Below are positions 17,208 through 27,538 of a DNA stretch of 64,000 bases, in pieces. Below the pieces are notes generated by a model that was given only the letters and a program-made list of their open reading frames with translations, was not told the DNA's origin and did not search any database. The translations under genes were made by a program, and so were the position numbers. Location of the stretch: contig CAKULV010000002.1 of NCBI GenBank assembly GCA_934667425.1, positions 6,278 through 70,277 on the forward strand, given 5' to 3'. The first letter of the stretch is position 1. Each line of letters starts with the position of its first letter. Origin of the DNA: an uncultured Kiritimatiellota bacterium. GTDB taxonomy: Bacteria > Verrucomicrobiota > Kiritimatiellia > RFP12 > UBA1067.

Positions 17208-19805
17208 ATGAATACTCTTATCAAGATGTTTTTTTTGGTGATGGCGGCACAGTTGGCCACAGTTTGCCGTGCGGATGTCGTGACGCTGAATCGGGCGGAC
17301 AGGGATGGGTCCGCAGCCGAGGGCGAGTCTTCCTTCATGAGCTCCTTCCTGTCCAACCCAGGTGAAGAGGGGTATGGCTGGTCGGACGGGTGTGACCCCA
17401 GTTCAGATAAAGACTATTTGGTTGTCGGCAACAATGTTGCTCTTCGCACGCCCTATCGCGAAGATTCCGATCTTGCTTCGCAGACATTTGTCTTTCCGGG
17501 GCGTTCTCTAACCTTGGACAATGGCGGGATAATCGCGTTTCGCTCAAGCTATGGCACGGCTGACAATGCGGCGACCGTTCAGATTGACGACTTGATCGTC
17601 AAAAAAGGCGTTCTCAGCCACGCCTATTGGGCGCGTGCTACGAAATGGGGCGGCAAGATCACGATTGACACCGCTTCGGCGGCAAATGGATCCGCGAGCT
17701 TCACCATCAACATGTCGACATGCCACATCTTGGCGAAGATGGTTGCCGCCGTAGGCGAGAGGGTCACGCTTGAAGGCTCCACAATGGCGCAGCTGAACAG
17801 TGCCGGGGACTATCGGTGGATGGATATGGCGCATCCCTACGTATTCCGTTTTTCCGGCGACTGTACGGAATACTGGGCGACGACCGCCTGTGCTTGGGGC
17901 TCGCAGGCTTGGATCGCGACGACGGACTTTGCCGGCTCCTTCAGTTTGGGGAACGCGGGTCTGGTCACGGTTGACGGCGTTTCGTCCGCCACGGTTAGAG
18001 GCATGATAGCGAGCCGCGATGGCCTCGTGCGCATTCCCGCCGCAACGACTCTGGATGTCTGCGGTGGAATCGATTCTGCGTTTGCGGATTACTCGACACA
18101 TGTCTGTCAAGGCACAAACGTGTACACGCGACAGGAAGCAGATGTGCCTTACGTGAACGTGAATGACGTCTCTGGCGGTTCTGTCGGCAAGTCTATCTCC
18201 GTCAACGCGCTCGTCATTGCGGAAGATGGTGCGCTATCCACGCCCAAGGCCAATCTGGACGGCACACTTGTCAGTCTTTCCTCTGGAGCGATGTTTACGG
18301 TGGGGGATGCTGATTTTACGGATGTCATCCTTGATGTGGCAGGTGACGGAAAACTCGTTGTTACGAACTCCTTCACGACGCACTCGCCCGTCAAGCTCCG
18401 TCTGAATGGGGTCACGGCGCAGAGAGCGGCGCTGGTGACTATGTCAACATCGTGCGGCGAACTGAAAGTGGACGATTTCACGTTCGTCGCGCCGCAGTTC
18501 CAATACATCCTGTCAGTCGAGGCGAAAAACGGCGTTCAGACGCTGTGGGCCGATAACCTAAATCCTGCAGCCAAGGATGCGATGTCCGGCTACGTCATCC
18601 TTGAGAACCCCGACGGCAACTCTCAGGCTACGTTTACCTACGGCTCATACAATCAGGCGGGCGGCTGGTCGGACGGACTGGCGCCGCATGCGGATGCCCA
18701 TTACTGCACAAACGGAAAGCTACTGCGTGACAAGGAACTCGGCACAGATGTTGCCTTCAAGGGGGCTTCCCTGACGCAATGCGGCACGTTCCGTCCAGAA
18801 GCGAATTCGTTTTCCATTGCGGACTGGCGGGTCGTGTCTAATGGCGGGACGAAGATCGACAACCGTACGATGCTGAACGTATCCGGCGCGTATTCCGCTA
18901 AGACATTCGGCGGATTTCTGAGGGTATTCACAGACGCGGCTTCTCCGTTCACGCTTTATGGCGGAATCACTAAGTTTTTCGAGGACGGCTCGTTTCAGAG
19001 CCAGACATACCGGATGGTAACGAAGGTCGTAGGGTCTGCAGAGGCCGTGATCGCGGCGGAAGGTGCTCTCTCCCGTGTACCCGGCGACAGGGAAGGTCGG
19101 GCCGTCTGCGAATTTTTGGGTGACATGGACGAATACTATGGTTCAATCTGGGTTGGAACGAATCAGACGGTCATTCTCGGAAACACGGGCCTCGCGAACG
19201 GAACGCTTGTTTTGCGCACGGCCTGGTCGATGGGCACGACAAGGGCTGACGCCGGAACGTCCGTACCCGTCCGGCGCCTTGAAACCCATGCCTCGGCCAC
19301 GCTTGACGTCCCCGAAGCGACGACGCTGGCGGTCAAGGAGGGTACGGCAATCGTGGGTACGTTGACCAAGAATGGCTTGGGCACGTTGGCGCTCTCTGGC
19401 ATGGCGACGCCAGGCGAAGAGGCTGGGATTCGTGTCGCTGCCGGGACGCTGAAGGTTTCTTCGGCGACGGCGTTGTCTGGTGTGTCCGTCGCGTTTGCGG
19501 ATGGGGCCGGCCTGGTCATGGACTGGGGTATCGAAGACGGAATCTTCCTTGACAATGTGGTGTGTGAAGGCGCACGGCTTCCGATTGCCTTTGATTTCAC
19601 AGGTGACGTGCCAACATTTGAGGAGCCTTGCGTCAAGAAGCTGCTTACCGTAAGTGATTCGGATGCAAGGGCCATTTTGGACAAGGTTGTCGTTCGGCGG
19701 GTTAAGGGCTATTGCATTGACATGCTGCCGCCTGTCTCGGAAAATGGGCTGACGACATTCTCCGTGCGTGTCTACAGGCTCGGCTTCATCCTAACGGTTC
19801 GCTGA
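17208..19805 (+). CDS. large secreted protein with autotransporter-associated beta-strand repeat (PATR-like) segment
   Basis: Signal peptide MNTLIKMFFLVMAAQLATVCRA. LTKNGLGTLALSG...GIRVAAGTLKV matches the PATR consensus. The protein ends ...RLGFILTVR. Confidence 0.7.
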   Translation: MNTLIKMFFLVMAAQLATVCRADVVTLNRADRDGSAAEGESSFMSSFLSNPGEEGYGWSDGCDPSSDKDYLVVGNNVALRTPYREDSDLASQTFVFPGRSLTLDNGGIIAFRSSYGTADNAATVQIDDLIVKKGVLSHAYWARATKWGGKITIDTASAANGSASFTINMSTCHILAKMVAAVGERVTLEGSTMAQLNSAGDYRWMDMAHPYVFRFSGDCTEYWATTACAWGSQAWIATTDFAGSFSLGNAGLVTVDGVSSATVRGMIASRDGLVRIPAATTLDVCGGIDSAFADYSTHVCQGTNVYTRQEADVPYVNVNDVSGGSVGKSISVNALVIAEDGALSTPKANLDGTLVSLSSGAMFTVGDADFTDVILDVAGDGKLVVTNSFTTHSPVKLRLNGVTAQRAALVTMSTSCGELKVDDFTFVAPQFQYILSVEAKNGVQTLWADNLNPAAKDAMSGYVILENPDGNSQATFTYGSYNQAGGWSDGLAPHADAHYCTNGKLLRDKELGTDVAFKGASLTQCGTFRPEANSFSIADWRVVSNGGTKIDNRTMLNVSGAYSAKTFGGFLRVFTDAASPFTLYGGITKFFEDGSFQSQTYRMVTKVVGSAEAVIAAEGALSRVPGDREGRAVCEFLGDMDEYYGSIWVGTNQTVILGNTGLANGTLVLRTAWSMGTTRADAGTSVPVRRLETHASATLDVPEATTLAVKEGTAIVGTLTKNGLGTLALSGMATPGEEAGIRVAAGTLKVSSATALSGVSVAFADGAGLVMDWGIEDGIFLDNVVCEGARLPIAFDFTGDVPTFEEPCVKKLLTVSDSDARAILDKVVVRRVKGYCIDMLPPVSENGLTTFSVRVYRLGFILTVR

Positions 19806-19810
19806 GGAAA

Positions 19811-22800
19811 ATGGTGATGAGCTTGAGAAGATGTTGTGTCCTTGTTGCCGCAATTGGAGCGTTCGCGTTCTCTTCAGAGGGGAATGCTCAGGCCGTGGCA
19901 CCGCAATGTCCCGAACGTGTCAGGGAGATCGCCGCGTGGCTGCGTCCGGAGGCGGGGTTTGACGAGACGCGAATCTCGAATCGCGAGGTTTGGGACAAAG
20001 AGGCCAGGACAAAACAGGCTTTGCTAATCATCGGACGTGCGGAACGGTTCCTCAAAGAGAAGCTTGTGGTCTCAAATGACGCGAAATACGAGGAAGTCTA
20101 CGCCTGGGCGCGTCCTCTCGGTAGGATCGCAAACGACTGGCTTCCTGCGCTGACGTATGCCGAGTGCCTTGAAAACAAGGGGCGGTTCCTTCCTCGCATC
20201 GTCTCGATCCTTGATGTGCTTTCGTCCATGCGCACATGGGTCAACCCATATCATGACAGGCCTGATTTCGGTTCATTCAATGGCCTTTACAGGAAGCTTG
20301 AACTCGGCAACGGCAACATTTCCCAGCATATTGCCCTCACACTGGATCTGTTGCGAGACGTGCTTCCGGCGGACTGCCGTGCCCGCGCCTTGGCAGCGTT
20401 GCGGCGACAGGTACTGGATGTCTACCTTGAGATAGCCAAAGACTGGAAGGCGGCCCGGAGGAACCGTTGCTGGTTCTATGACAGCCAGATCAACTGGTGC
20501 GCGGCCTGCAACGAGTATTTTGCAGTCTCATCCCTCCTTGTCTTGGACGACCCGATCGAACGCGCGACGGCAATCGAGTTGGCCGAACGTTCGACAAAAT
20601 GCTATTTAGACGGCTTTACGGCAGACGGAATGAGCCTTGAGGGGGTTGGATATTGGAGCTATGGGTTCGGCCAATACCTTCGGCTGGGAATCATGGCGCG
20701 ACGCGCAACTGACGGGCGGGTCGATTTCTTTTCGGCGCCACGTGTCAAGGCGTGTGCGCGATCCGGCTTCGACACGTACTACAACGACAACGGCGCACCT
20801 GCCTACGGAGACTGTAAGATTGGCTTGAATTGCGATGCCACGTGGTATCTGGCCGGGCTTGTCTGGCCTGAATTCGCCACGGAGAAGGCGAGTCGGGCGT
20901 CTGAAGCATCCTGGAACCTGCCGTTGGCGACGATTCGGCTCTTTCCGACTGTGGGCAGTGCGACAGGGGCTGGACGCGAGTCGCGCACCTATCCTATCCG
21001 TTCCTGGTACCCTGACGTGGTGCAGCAGTTGGTGTGCCGTCCGCAACCGGAAACGGCCGACTCGAAAAGCCTATATGCGTCGTTCCGTGGCGGATGCAAT
21101 GACCCGAAGAAGATCGGAGGGCACAACCACAATGATGTTGGCACGTTCGGGCTGGCGATCGACGGGCGCGAAATCGTGGGAGACCCTGGCATTAAGGAGT
21201 ATGACCTCAAGACGTTCGGCCCGCATCGCTACGAGAGTAACCTTCGCAACTCGTACGGGCATCCGGTGCCGTTGGTGGACGGGCAGATGCAGCTTGTCGG
21301 AAAGGTTGGCGCCAGACTCCTGAGAAGTTCGTTTTCCGATGCGAAGGACTTGGTGCAGCTCGATTTGCGCGATGTCTATGCGGTCACGAACCTGATGGGC
21401 TTGACGCGGACTTTTGTCTATCTGCGTGATGAGGAGAAGGTCATGATTCGCGACGAGATCGCCTTTGATGGCACTGGCACGTATGAGACGCCTATCGTCA
21501 CCTATGGAACGGTCAGCCCTTTGGGTGCAGGGGTGTTCAGGGTGACGTCGCGGGACGGCAAGGATTCGCTTGTTTGCCGTGTGCGCGTGATCGGCGGCAC
21601 GTTGACGACGCGAGAAGAGGCACTTGAGGCTCCGGCGAAAGGCAAACCCGCGCCGAAACGTTTTGCGTTGGCGTTCGCGGCACCCGTCAGTATGGCTACA
21701 CTGGAGATGACATGGGAGAAGTTTGTGCCTGAACGCACGGTATACCCGATGCTGACGCGGGATGGACGGCGTCTGACGAGCTGGACTGATGGGACTAACA
21801 CCGTCTACGACCTTGTCCCGACGAACCGTCTGCCAAACGGCGGCGGCCCGATGCGCGAATGGAAACTCTACTGCCTCAAGGCGACGCACACGGATGTCGG
21901 CCTCCACAATTCGCAGTACATCCAACGGCACGGAACCGTGCAGCGAATCGAGAACGCGGCGCGGCTCATCGATGCCGACACGCGCAGGGACGACGATCCT
22001 GCCGCCTACCGCTATGTCCTGGAAGGCACATGGTTTTGGGAGAACTATCCGATGGATCGCGGCGAGGCCGCCGCGTGGCGCATTGTCACGAACTACATGG
22101 CACGTGGCCGCATGGACGTGGGCGTTACGTGCGCGGGCAACCATACCCACGTCTTTTCGAAAGCAGAGTTGGAGCGGTCGGCGTACGCGAAGCGGCGGCT
22201 GGAGGAGAAGTGGGGAATCAAGACCCGTACGTTCATCATGGCCGACAATCCAGGCATCAGCTGTTCGGTCATCGAGCCGTATGCGCAGGCTGGCATCCGC
22301 CATGGGATATTTCTCCCCAACCAGTGGAATCCGCATCCATCGTCGATCTGGAAGCGAAATCCCGACATCATGGCCGGCACCTGGAATCCGGATGCCGGGG
22401 GCGGAGGCGCACGTGTGGATGTCTCGTTCGATTCTTCGTTGCCGATGGTCTTCCGCTGGATGGCTCCAGGCGGGACGAATTCCCTGCTGATGTGGTGTTC
22501 GACCCAGTATCACTACGGCTACTCGCGACTGGGCATCGCCCATGGGCGGCGTGACCGTTCGAACGTGCGGGATGTTGAGAAACGGATGCCGGAATTCCTC
22601 GCGTTGCTGGAATCGAAGTACCCGTACGACATTTGGCTCGCGGGCAACTACTCCGACGATGAGGACGCGAATGCGGTGTTCGCGGACTTCGCCGCAGAAT
22701 GGAACCGCAAGTGGGCGTGGCCGCAGTTCCGCACTGTCGGCCGACTGGACGAGCCGTTTGAATATCTTGAGAAGCGTTTCGGGTCACAGATACCGATCAT

Positions 22801-25003
22801 TCGCGGCGAAATGACGAGCGGCTGGCTGCAGCATGTGGCCTCCGCGCCGGAGCTGCTGGCGGACAAGTTGAACGTCGATCGGCTTCTGGAGACGGCGGAA
22901 CGGCTTGGGGCATATGCTGGGACAATCGATCCGGTCGCGGTGGCGCGCGCCTGGAAGATGCTCATCCTCAACGACGAGCATTCCTACGGCACGAGCGGCT
23001 ATCAGGGGCGACGCGTGTTCGAGACGTGGATGCAGAAGCGGGATTGGATCGAACGTGCGGCTGCGACGGCATCAAATGAACTCACGAAGGCTGTGGCGAG
23101 ACTGGGACTTGCACCGAAGGACGAGAGTCGCGTTGAAGTGTTTCCGGGCTCGACACGGGAAAACGCATTCTATCGCGTTACGGTCAACAAGAAGGGCGAA
23201 ATCGTCTCGCTCTTTGACAAGGCGCTTGGACGGGAACTGCTGTCGAGTCCGGCCAACCGCTTCCTCTACACGCGCGACAACCATAAGAGCTGGTGCGACG
23301 AGAATCTTCTTGGGGCAACCATTACGCGGCGCGTGTTCCTGCCAAGCGATGTGCGGCGAGTGGACATTGAAGACCGCTTCGAACACGCGAAGGATATGTT
23401 CAATGCCCACAGGTATAACCGGTTTGGATACTTGGCGTTCCCGTTCAACGTTCCGAAGGGCACCTTCAAGGCTCGGTTGGCGGGTGGCGAGATGATCCAT
23501 CCATACGAGGACTGCCATCCCTTTGTTTCGGATGCCTACGTGGCCGTGCGTGACTGGTGTGCCGTGGAGAACGACGACTTCGGCGTTGCGCTGATGATGC
23601 GCGACTCCATGCTGACGGAGTTTGGCGAAATCCACCCGGACAAGACCTGCTACACGGGTCGATCTCCCAAGGGAACGACCTCCATCTATCCGTTCCTGTT
23701 TACGGATTGGTTGCAGATGCATCAGCCTGACGGCGATTCCATGAACTTCACGTTCCGTTTCTCGATTACGTCGTATGCGTTCAGTGAACGGTATCGCGTC
23801 GAAGAGGTGTGTGCCGACTGGCTCGATACTTACGCCAAGTGGATGCGCGAGCAGAAGGTGCCGTCTGCAGGGCGTGTGGCCTGCGGCATGGCGGCAGATG
23901 GCTGGACAGGGCTTATTGAGGCGCCACGTGCAGGCCATGGCGAGAAGGACGGCCAACTTTATCTTTTGTGGGGCGCGGAGCTCGCTCCGGGATTCTCGCA
24001 TTACGAGCTATGGCGTGATGGGGCGTTCCGCGCCAATGTGACGAATGAGGCGCCGCAAGGCATCCCATATCGCGTGGCCCGTTTCGAGGACACGGGCCTG
24101 CCAACGCATTCGACACACGCATACCGTCTCTTCAAGGTCTGGAAGGACGGACGCAAGGAGCCATTTGGCGGGACGTTTTCAGGGCGGACTCGCTTCGTCA
24201 GCGAAGAGGAGCGCAATGGCGTTGTCTGCGAAGGCGAAGACGGACGCTTGGCGATTCGGTTCGACGGTGCGCAGGTGACAAGCTGGAATCCCGAAGCGAT
24301 GAAGGGCGAGGACGTGTTCTTCCTGCCGAAGGACACGCCGTGGGGGCAGGAGGTTCATGGTGGACTGCCGATTTGCTGGCCATGGTTTGGAAAGCCTGAG
24401 AAGGAGGGACTTCCGAAACATGGACTTGTGCGCTACCTTCGCTGGAATATTGTACGGCGCAACGGCAAGAACGGTGTCGTCCTGCGGACTCGATCAAATA
24501 TGGAGACGCGGAAACTGTGGCCTCACGACTTTGAACTTGAGGCCCATATTGGGATTGTCGATGCTTCTGCGCTGAAAATCACGATCATAGAGCGCAACAC
24601 TGGTACGAATCGGTTCGAGTCGGCGTGTGCGATCCATCCGTATTTCTCCATGTCCGATGCGACGAACGTGGAACTTGACGGTACACGATTGCCGCGTCCG
24701 TGGACGCAACGGACATTTGGCGCGAACGGCAAGCCGCACGTGCTGGGCGATGGTGTGCGTCGGCGTCGCGTGGAGGTCTCATCCCCGCAAGCGACACGTT
24801 GGATGGTGTGGAATCCGGGCGAGGAGCGGACACCGCTGTGCAATGGGCTGCAAGCGGACGATTGGCGACGCTTTTATTGCCTTGAGCCTATTGCGGATCA
24901 ATCCAATCCGCTGAATCCGGGGAAAAGCCGCCGATACGACTTCACGATTCGCGTACTGTCGGCGCCAACCGTAGAGGATGGTCGGACTCGGCAGACGAAA
25001 TGA
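19811..25003 (+). CDS. 1730-aa secreted multidomain enzyme: heparinase II/III-like lyase fold + GH38-like alpha-mannosidase + Fn3-like + aldose/hexose-6-P 1-epimerase-like domain
   Basis: A single uninterrupted ORF with RBS GAGGA and a signal peptide. GGHNHNDVGTFGLAIDGREIVGDPG is heparinase II/III-like. KATHTDVGLH, MADNPG and LNDEHSYGTSG are GH38 metal/nucleophile-like motifs. GGLPICWPWFG...LPKHGLVRYLRW is YeaD-like mutarotase. Confidence 0.8.
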   Translation: MVMSLRRCCVLVAAIGAFAFSSEGNAQAVAPQCPERVREIAAWLRPEAGFDETRISNREVWDKEARTKQALLIIGRAERFLKEKLVVSNDAKYEEVYAWARPLGRIANDWLPALTYAECLENKGRFLPRIVSILDVLSSMRTWVNPYHDRPDFGSFNGLYRKLELGNGNISQHIALTLDLLRDVLPADCRARALAALRRQVLDVYLEIAKDWKAARRNRCWFYDSQINWCAACNEYFAVSSLLVLDDPIERATAIELAERSTKCYLDGFTADGMSLEGVGYWSYGFGQYLRLGIMARRATDGRVDFFSAPRVKACARSGFDTYYNDNGAPAYGDCKIGLNCDATWYLAGLVWPEFATEKASRASEASWNLPLATIRLFPTVGSATGAGRESRTYPIRSWYPDVVQQLVCRPQPETADSKSLYASFRGGCNDPKKIGGHNHNDVGTFGLAIDGREIVGDPGIKEYDLKTFGPHRYESNLRNSYGHPVPLVDGQMQLVGKVGARLLRSSFSDAKDLVQLDLRDVYAVTNLMGLTRTFVYLRDEEKVMIRDEIAFDGTGTYETPIVTYGTVSPLGAGVFRVTSRDGKDSLVCRVRVIGGTLTTREEALEAPAKGKPAPKRFALAFAAPVSMATLEMTWEKFVPERTVYPMLTRDGRRLTSWTDGTNTVYDLVPTNRLPNGGGPMREWKLYCLKATHTDVGLHNSQYIQRHGTVQRIENAARLIDADTRRDDDPAAYRYVLEGTWFWENYPMDRGEAAAWRIVTNYMARGRMDVGVTCAGNHTHVFSKAELERSAYAKRRLEEKWGIKTRTFIMADNPGISCSVIEPYAQAGIRHGIFLPNQWNPHPSSIWKRNPDIMAGTWNPDAGGGGARVDVSFDSSLPMVFRWMAPGGTNSLLMWCSTQYHYGYSRLGIAHGRRDRSNVRDVEKRMPEFLALLESKYPYDIWLAGNYSDDEDANAVFADFAAEWNRKWAWPQFRTVGRLDEPFEYLEKRFGSQIPIIRGEMTSGWLQHVASAPELLADKLNVDRLLETAERLGAYAGTIDPVAVARAWKMLILNDEHSYGTSGYQGRRVFETWMQKRDWIERAAATASNELTKAVARLGLAPKDESRVEVFPGSTRENAFYRVTVNKKGEIVSLFDKALGRELLSSPANRFLYTRDNHKSWCDENLLGATITRRVFLPSDVRRVDIEDRFEHAKDMFNAHRYNRFGYLAFPFNVPKGTFKARLAGGEMIHPYEDCHPFVSDAYVAVRDWCAVENDDFGVALMMRDSMLTEFGEIHPDKTCYTGRSPKGTTSIYPFLFTDWLQMHQPDGDSMNFTFRFSITSYAFSERYRVEEVCADWLDTYAKWMREQKVPSAGRVACGMAADGWTGLIEAPRAGHGEKDGQLYLLWGAELAPGFSHYELWRDGAFRANVTNEAPQGIPYRVARFEDTGLPTHSTHAYRLFKVWKDGRKEPFGGTFSGRTRFVSEEERNGVVCEGEDGRLAIRFDGAQVTSWNPEAMKGEDVFFLPKDTPWGQEVHGGLPICWPWFGKPEKEGLPKHGLVRYLRWNIVRRNGKNGVVLRTRSNMETRKLWPHDFELEAHIGIVDASALKITIIERNTGTNRFESACAIHPYFSMSDATNVELDGTRLPRPWTQRTFGANGKPHVLGDGVRRRRVEVSSPQATRWMVWNPGEERTPLCNGLQADDWRRFYCLEPIADQSNPLNPGKSRRYDFTIRVLSAPTVEDGRTRQTK

Positions 25004-25027
25004 GGTCGGGTCCAGATCCCTTTGCCG

Positions 25028-27538
25028 CTATTGCCTGAACGTAAGATGGCCATCCTCTGACAGGGTGCCTTTGATCTTGCCCGGCTTCAGCTTGCCGCCG
25101 AGAAGCAGCTCGGCAAGGGGATCTTCCACGAACCGCTGTACTGCGCGGCGGAGGGGCCTTGCCCCCATCGCTTCGTCGGATCCGTTCTTGACGAGGAATT
25201 CGATGGCCTTCTTGTCGAGATCAAGGGTCATGTCCTTCTCGGAAAGGCGGCTGCGGAGAAGGGCCAGCTCGAGGTTCAGGATGGTTTCCACGTTCTTCGA
25301 ATCGAGTTTGCGGAACACAACGGTCTCGTCGAAGCGGTTCAGCAGCTCTGGACGGAAGGTGCGCTTCGCCTCCGCGAGCAGCTTTTCCTTCAGGGCATCG
25401 TAGGATGTGGCGACCTCGTCCTGCAGGAATCCGAACGAGTTGCCTTCACGGGCAAAGTCGAATCCGAGGTTCGCCGTCGCGATGATGATCGTGTTCCTGA
25501 AGTCGATTGTCCTGCCCTGTCCGTCGGTAAGCTTGCCCTCGTCAAGGATCTGAAGGAGCATGTTCATCACGTCGGGGGAAGCCTTCTCGAATTCGTCGAA
25601 CAGCACCACGGAATACGGGCGGCGTCGTACGCGTTCGGTGAGCTGGCCACCCTCATCGTAGCCCACGTATCCGGGAGGGGCTCCGACGAGCCTTGAGGAC
25701 GTGAACTTGTCGGAGAATTCCGTCATGTCGAGCGATATGAGGGACTTGGGGTCCCCGTACACCTTCTCCGCGAGCATCTTTGCGAGCAGCGTCTTGCCTA
25801 CGCCAGTGGGGCCGAGGAACAGGAAACTCCCTATCGGACGCTTCGGGTCGCCGAGGTTCGCCCGACTGCGCCTAAGCGCGCGTGCGATGGACGATATGGC
25901 CTCCGTCTGACCGACCACCACTGTGTTGAGGTCGCGTTCCATGCCGAGAAGCCTTTCTGCGGCGGCGAAGCTCATGCGCTCAACCGGTACGCCGCTTATC
26001 GATGCTACAGTGGCGGCGATGTCGTCCGCCGTCACCGTAAGGACCTTCTCGGCGTGTTCGGCCTTCCATGCGTCAAGCCGCCTTTTCAGTGCGGCCTTGG
26101 CGGCCTTTTCCGCGTCACGCCATTTTGCCGCCTCTTCATACACGCCACGGTTTGCCGCATCCTGCTTCTTCAGGTTCAGTTCCGCGATCTTCTCCTCGTC
26201 GGCCTTCATGTCCGGCGGACGCACCGCATTCTTCATCCTTGTGCGGGAGCCTGTCTCGTCTATGGCGTCTATTGCCTTGTCCGGCAGCAGACGGGCGGGC
26301 AGATAGCGTGCCGTAAGCTTCACTGCGGCGGAGAGCGCCTCTGGCTCGTACTTCACGTTGTGGTGCTTCTCGTACCTCGGGGCGATGCCCTTCAGTATCT
26401 CTATGGCGTCGTCCTGTGAAGGCTCGTTCACGATTACGCTCTGGAACCTGCGCTCCAGCGCGGCATCCTTCTCGATAGACTTGTGGTATTCCTTCAGAGT
26501 CGTTGCGCCGACGACCTGTATCTCTCCCCTGGCGAGGGACGGCTTGAGTATGTTTGCCGCATCCATTGCGCCTTCGGGACCGCCGGCCCCTACGAGCGTA
26601 TGTATCTCATCGAGGAACAGAATGCAGTTCCTTGCGTTTTTCGCCTCCTCGATCAGCTGCTTCAGGCGTTCCTCGAACTGTCCCCTGTACATCGTCCCGG
26701 CGACGACGCGTGTCATGTCGAGGGCTATGACGCGCTTCCCGCGCATCCTCTCCGGCGCATCCCCGGCGGCGATCGCCTCCGCCAGGCCTTCGACTACGGC
26801 CGTCTTGCCGACTCCGGCTTCACCGATCAGCACCGCGTTGTTCTTCGTCCTCCGCGACAGCACCTGCAGTATGCGCTCTATCTCGGCCTTGCGCCCTATG
26901 ACGGGGTCGAGTTCCCCGTTCATCGCCGCCTTCGTCAGATCGCGGCCATATGTGTTTAGAGCCGGCGTCTTGATCTTCTTGCCGCCATCGCCATCCTGTT
27001 CGCCTTCGGACGTGTCCGTGAGGCTGGGGTCGTCTCCATCGCCGTCCGAGGCGTCGTCATGGCCTTGTCCGGCATTGCCGGTTTCGCCGGAAGCCTGGGC
27101 CGGCTCTGACTGCCCGCTAAGGGACTTCGCGAAAGTGTCGGCGGTCACGTTGTGGCCGAACAGTATCTGCGCCCCTACAGACTCGCCTTCGCGCAGCGTC
27201 GCGAGCATGATGTGTTCCGTGCCTATCTTTTCGGCTTTGGCCCGAATGGCCTCCATCTTCGCGAATTCGAGCACCTTCCTTGTACGGGCCGTCAACGGGA
27301 GCGCACCTTTCACGGCATAGGCTTCGCCCCGGCCTATTATGCGGTCCAGCTCCATGCCAAGATCGTCGTTGTCGAGCCCCATCCTCTTCAGGCATTTGCA
27401 GGCCGTGCAGTTTTCCATCTTCAGGATGCAGGCCAGTACGTGTTCCGTTCCGATGTATGTGTGGTTGTAGTGCCGGGCGACAGCTTCCGCTCCGTCGAGC
27501 GCCTGCTGCGCATATGGCGTATATAGTTCGTTCATCAA
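25028..27538 (-). CDS. clpC: ATP-dependent Clp protease ATP-binding subunit ClpC
   Basis: A double Clp_N region, two AAA+ modules (GEAGVGKT and GPTGVGKT) and a short M-domain with a UVR-like motif ([13 protein letters not shown]). It lies downstream of mcsA/mcsB-like genes. Confidence 0.9.
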   Translation of the reverse strand: MMNELYTPYAQQALDGAEAVARHYNHTYIGTEHVLACILKMENCTACKCLKRMGLDNDDLGMELDRIIGRGEAYAVKGALPLTARTRKVLEFAKMEAIRAKAEKIGTEHIMLATLREGESVGAQILFGHNVTADTFAKSLSGQSEPAQASGETGNAGQGHDDASDGDGDDPSLTDTSEGEQDGDGGKKIKTPALNTYGRDLTKAAMNGELDPVIGRKAEIERILQVLSRRTKNNAVLIGEAGVGKTAVVEGLAEAIAAGDAPERMRGKRVIALDMTRVVAGTMYRGQFEERLKQLIEEAKNARNCILFLDEIHTLVGAGGPEGAMDAANILKPSLARGEIQVVGATTLKEYHKSIEKDAALERRFQSVIVNEPSQDDAIEILKGIAPRYEKHHNVKYEPEALSAAVKLTARYLPARLLPDKAIDAIDETGSRTRMKNAVRPPDMKADEEKIAELNLKKQDAANRGVYEEAAKWRDAEKAAKAALKRRLDAWKAEHAEKVLTVTADDIAATVASISGVPVERMSFAAAERLLGMERDLNTVVVGQTEAISSIARALRRSRANLGDPKRPIGSFLFLGPTGVGKTLLAKMLAEKVYGDPKSLISLDMTEFSDKFTSSRLVGAPPGYVGYDEGGQLTERVRRRPYSVVLFDEFEKASPDVMNMLLQILDEGKLTDGQGRTIDFRNTIIIATANLGFDFAREGNSFGFLQDEVATSYDALKEKLLAEAKRTFRPELLNRFDETVVFRKLDSKNVETILNLELALLRSRLSEKDMTLDLDKKAIEFLVKNGSDEAMGARPLRRAVQRFVEDPLAELLLGGKLKPGKIKGTLSEDGHLTFRQ

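Noticed and set aside
12150-25003. Low-GC3 island considered as a classical integrative element or prophage
   Set aside because: I found no integrase, transposase, phage structural gene or flanking direct repeat. The only tRNA in the window is 30 kb away. It is best described as a compositional island of unknown acquisition mechanism.
25028-27538. Alternative call of ClpB for the 836-aa AAA+ protein
   Set aside because: The middle domain is short and carries a UVR-like motif, and the gene follows mcsA/mcsB-like genes. ClpB has a much longer coiled-coil M-domain.
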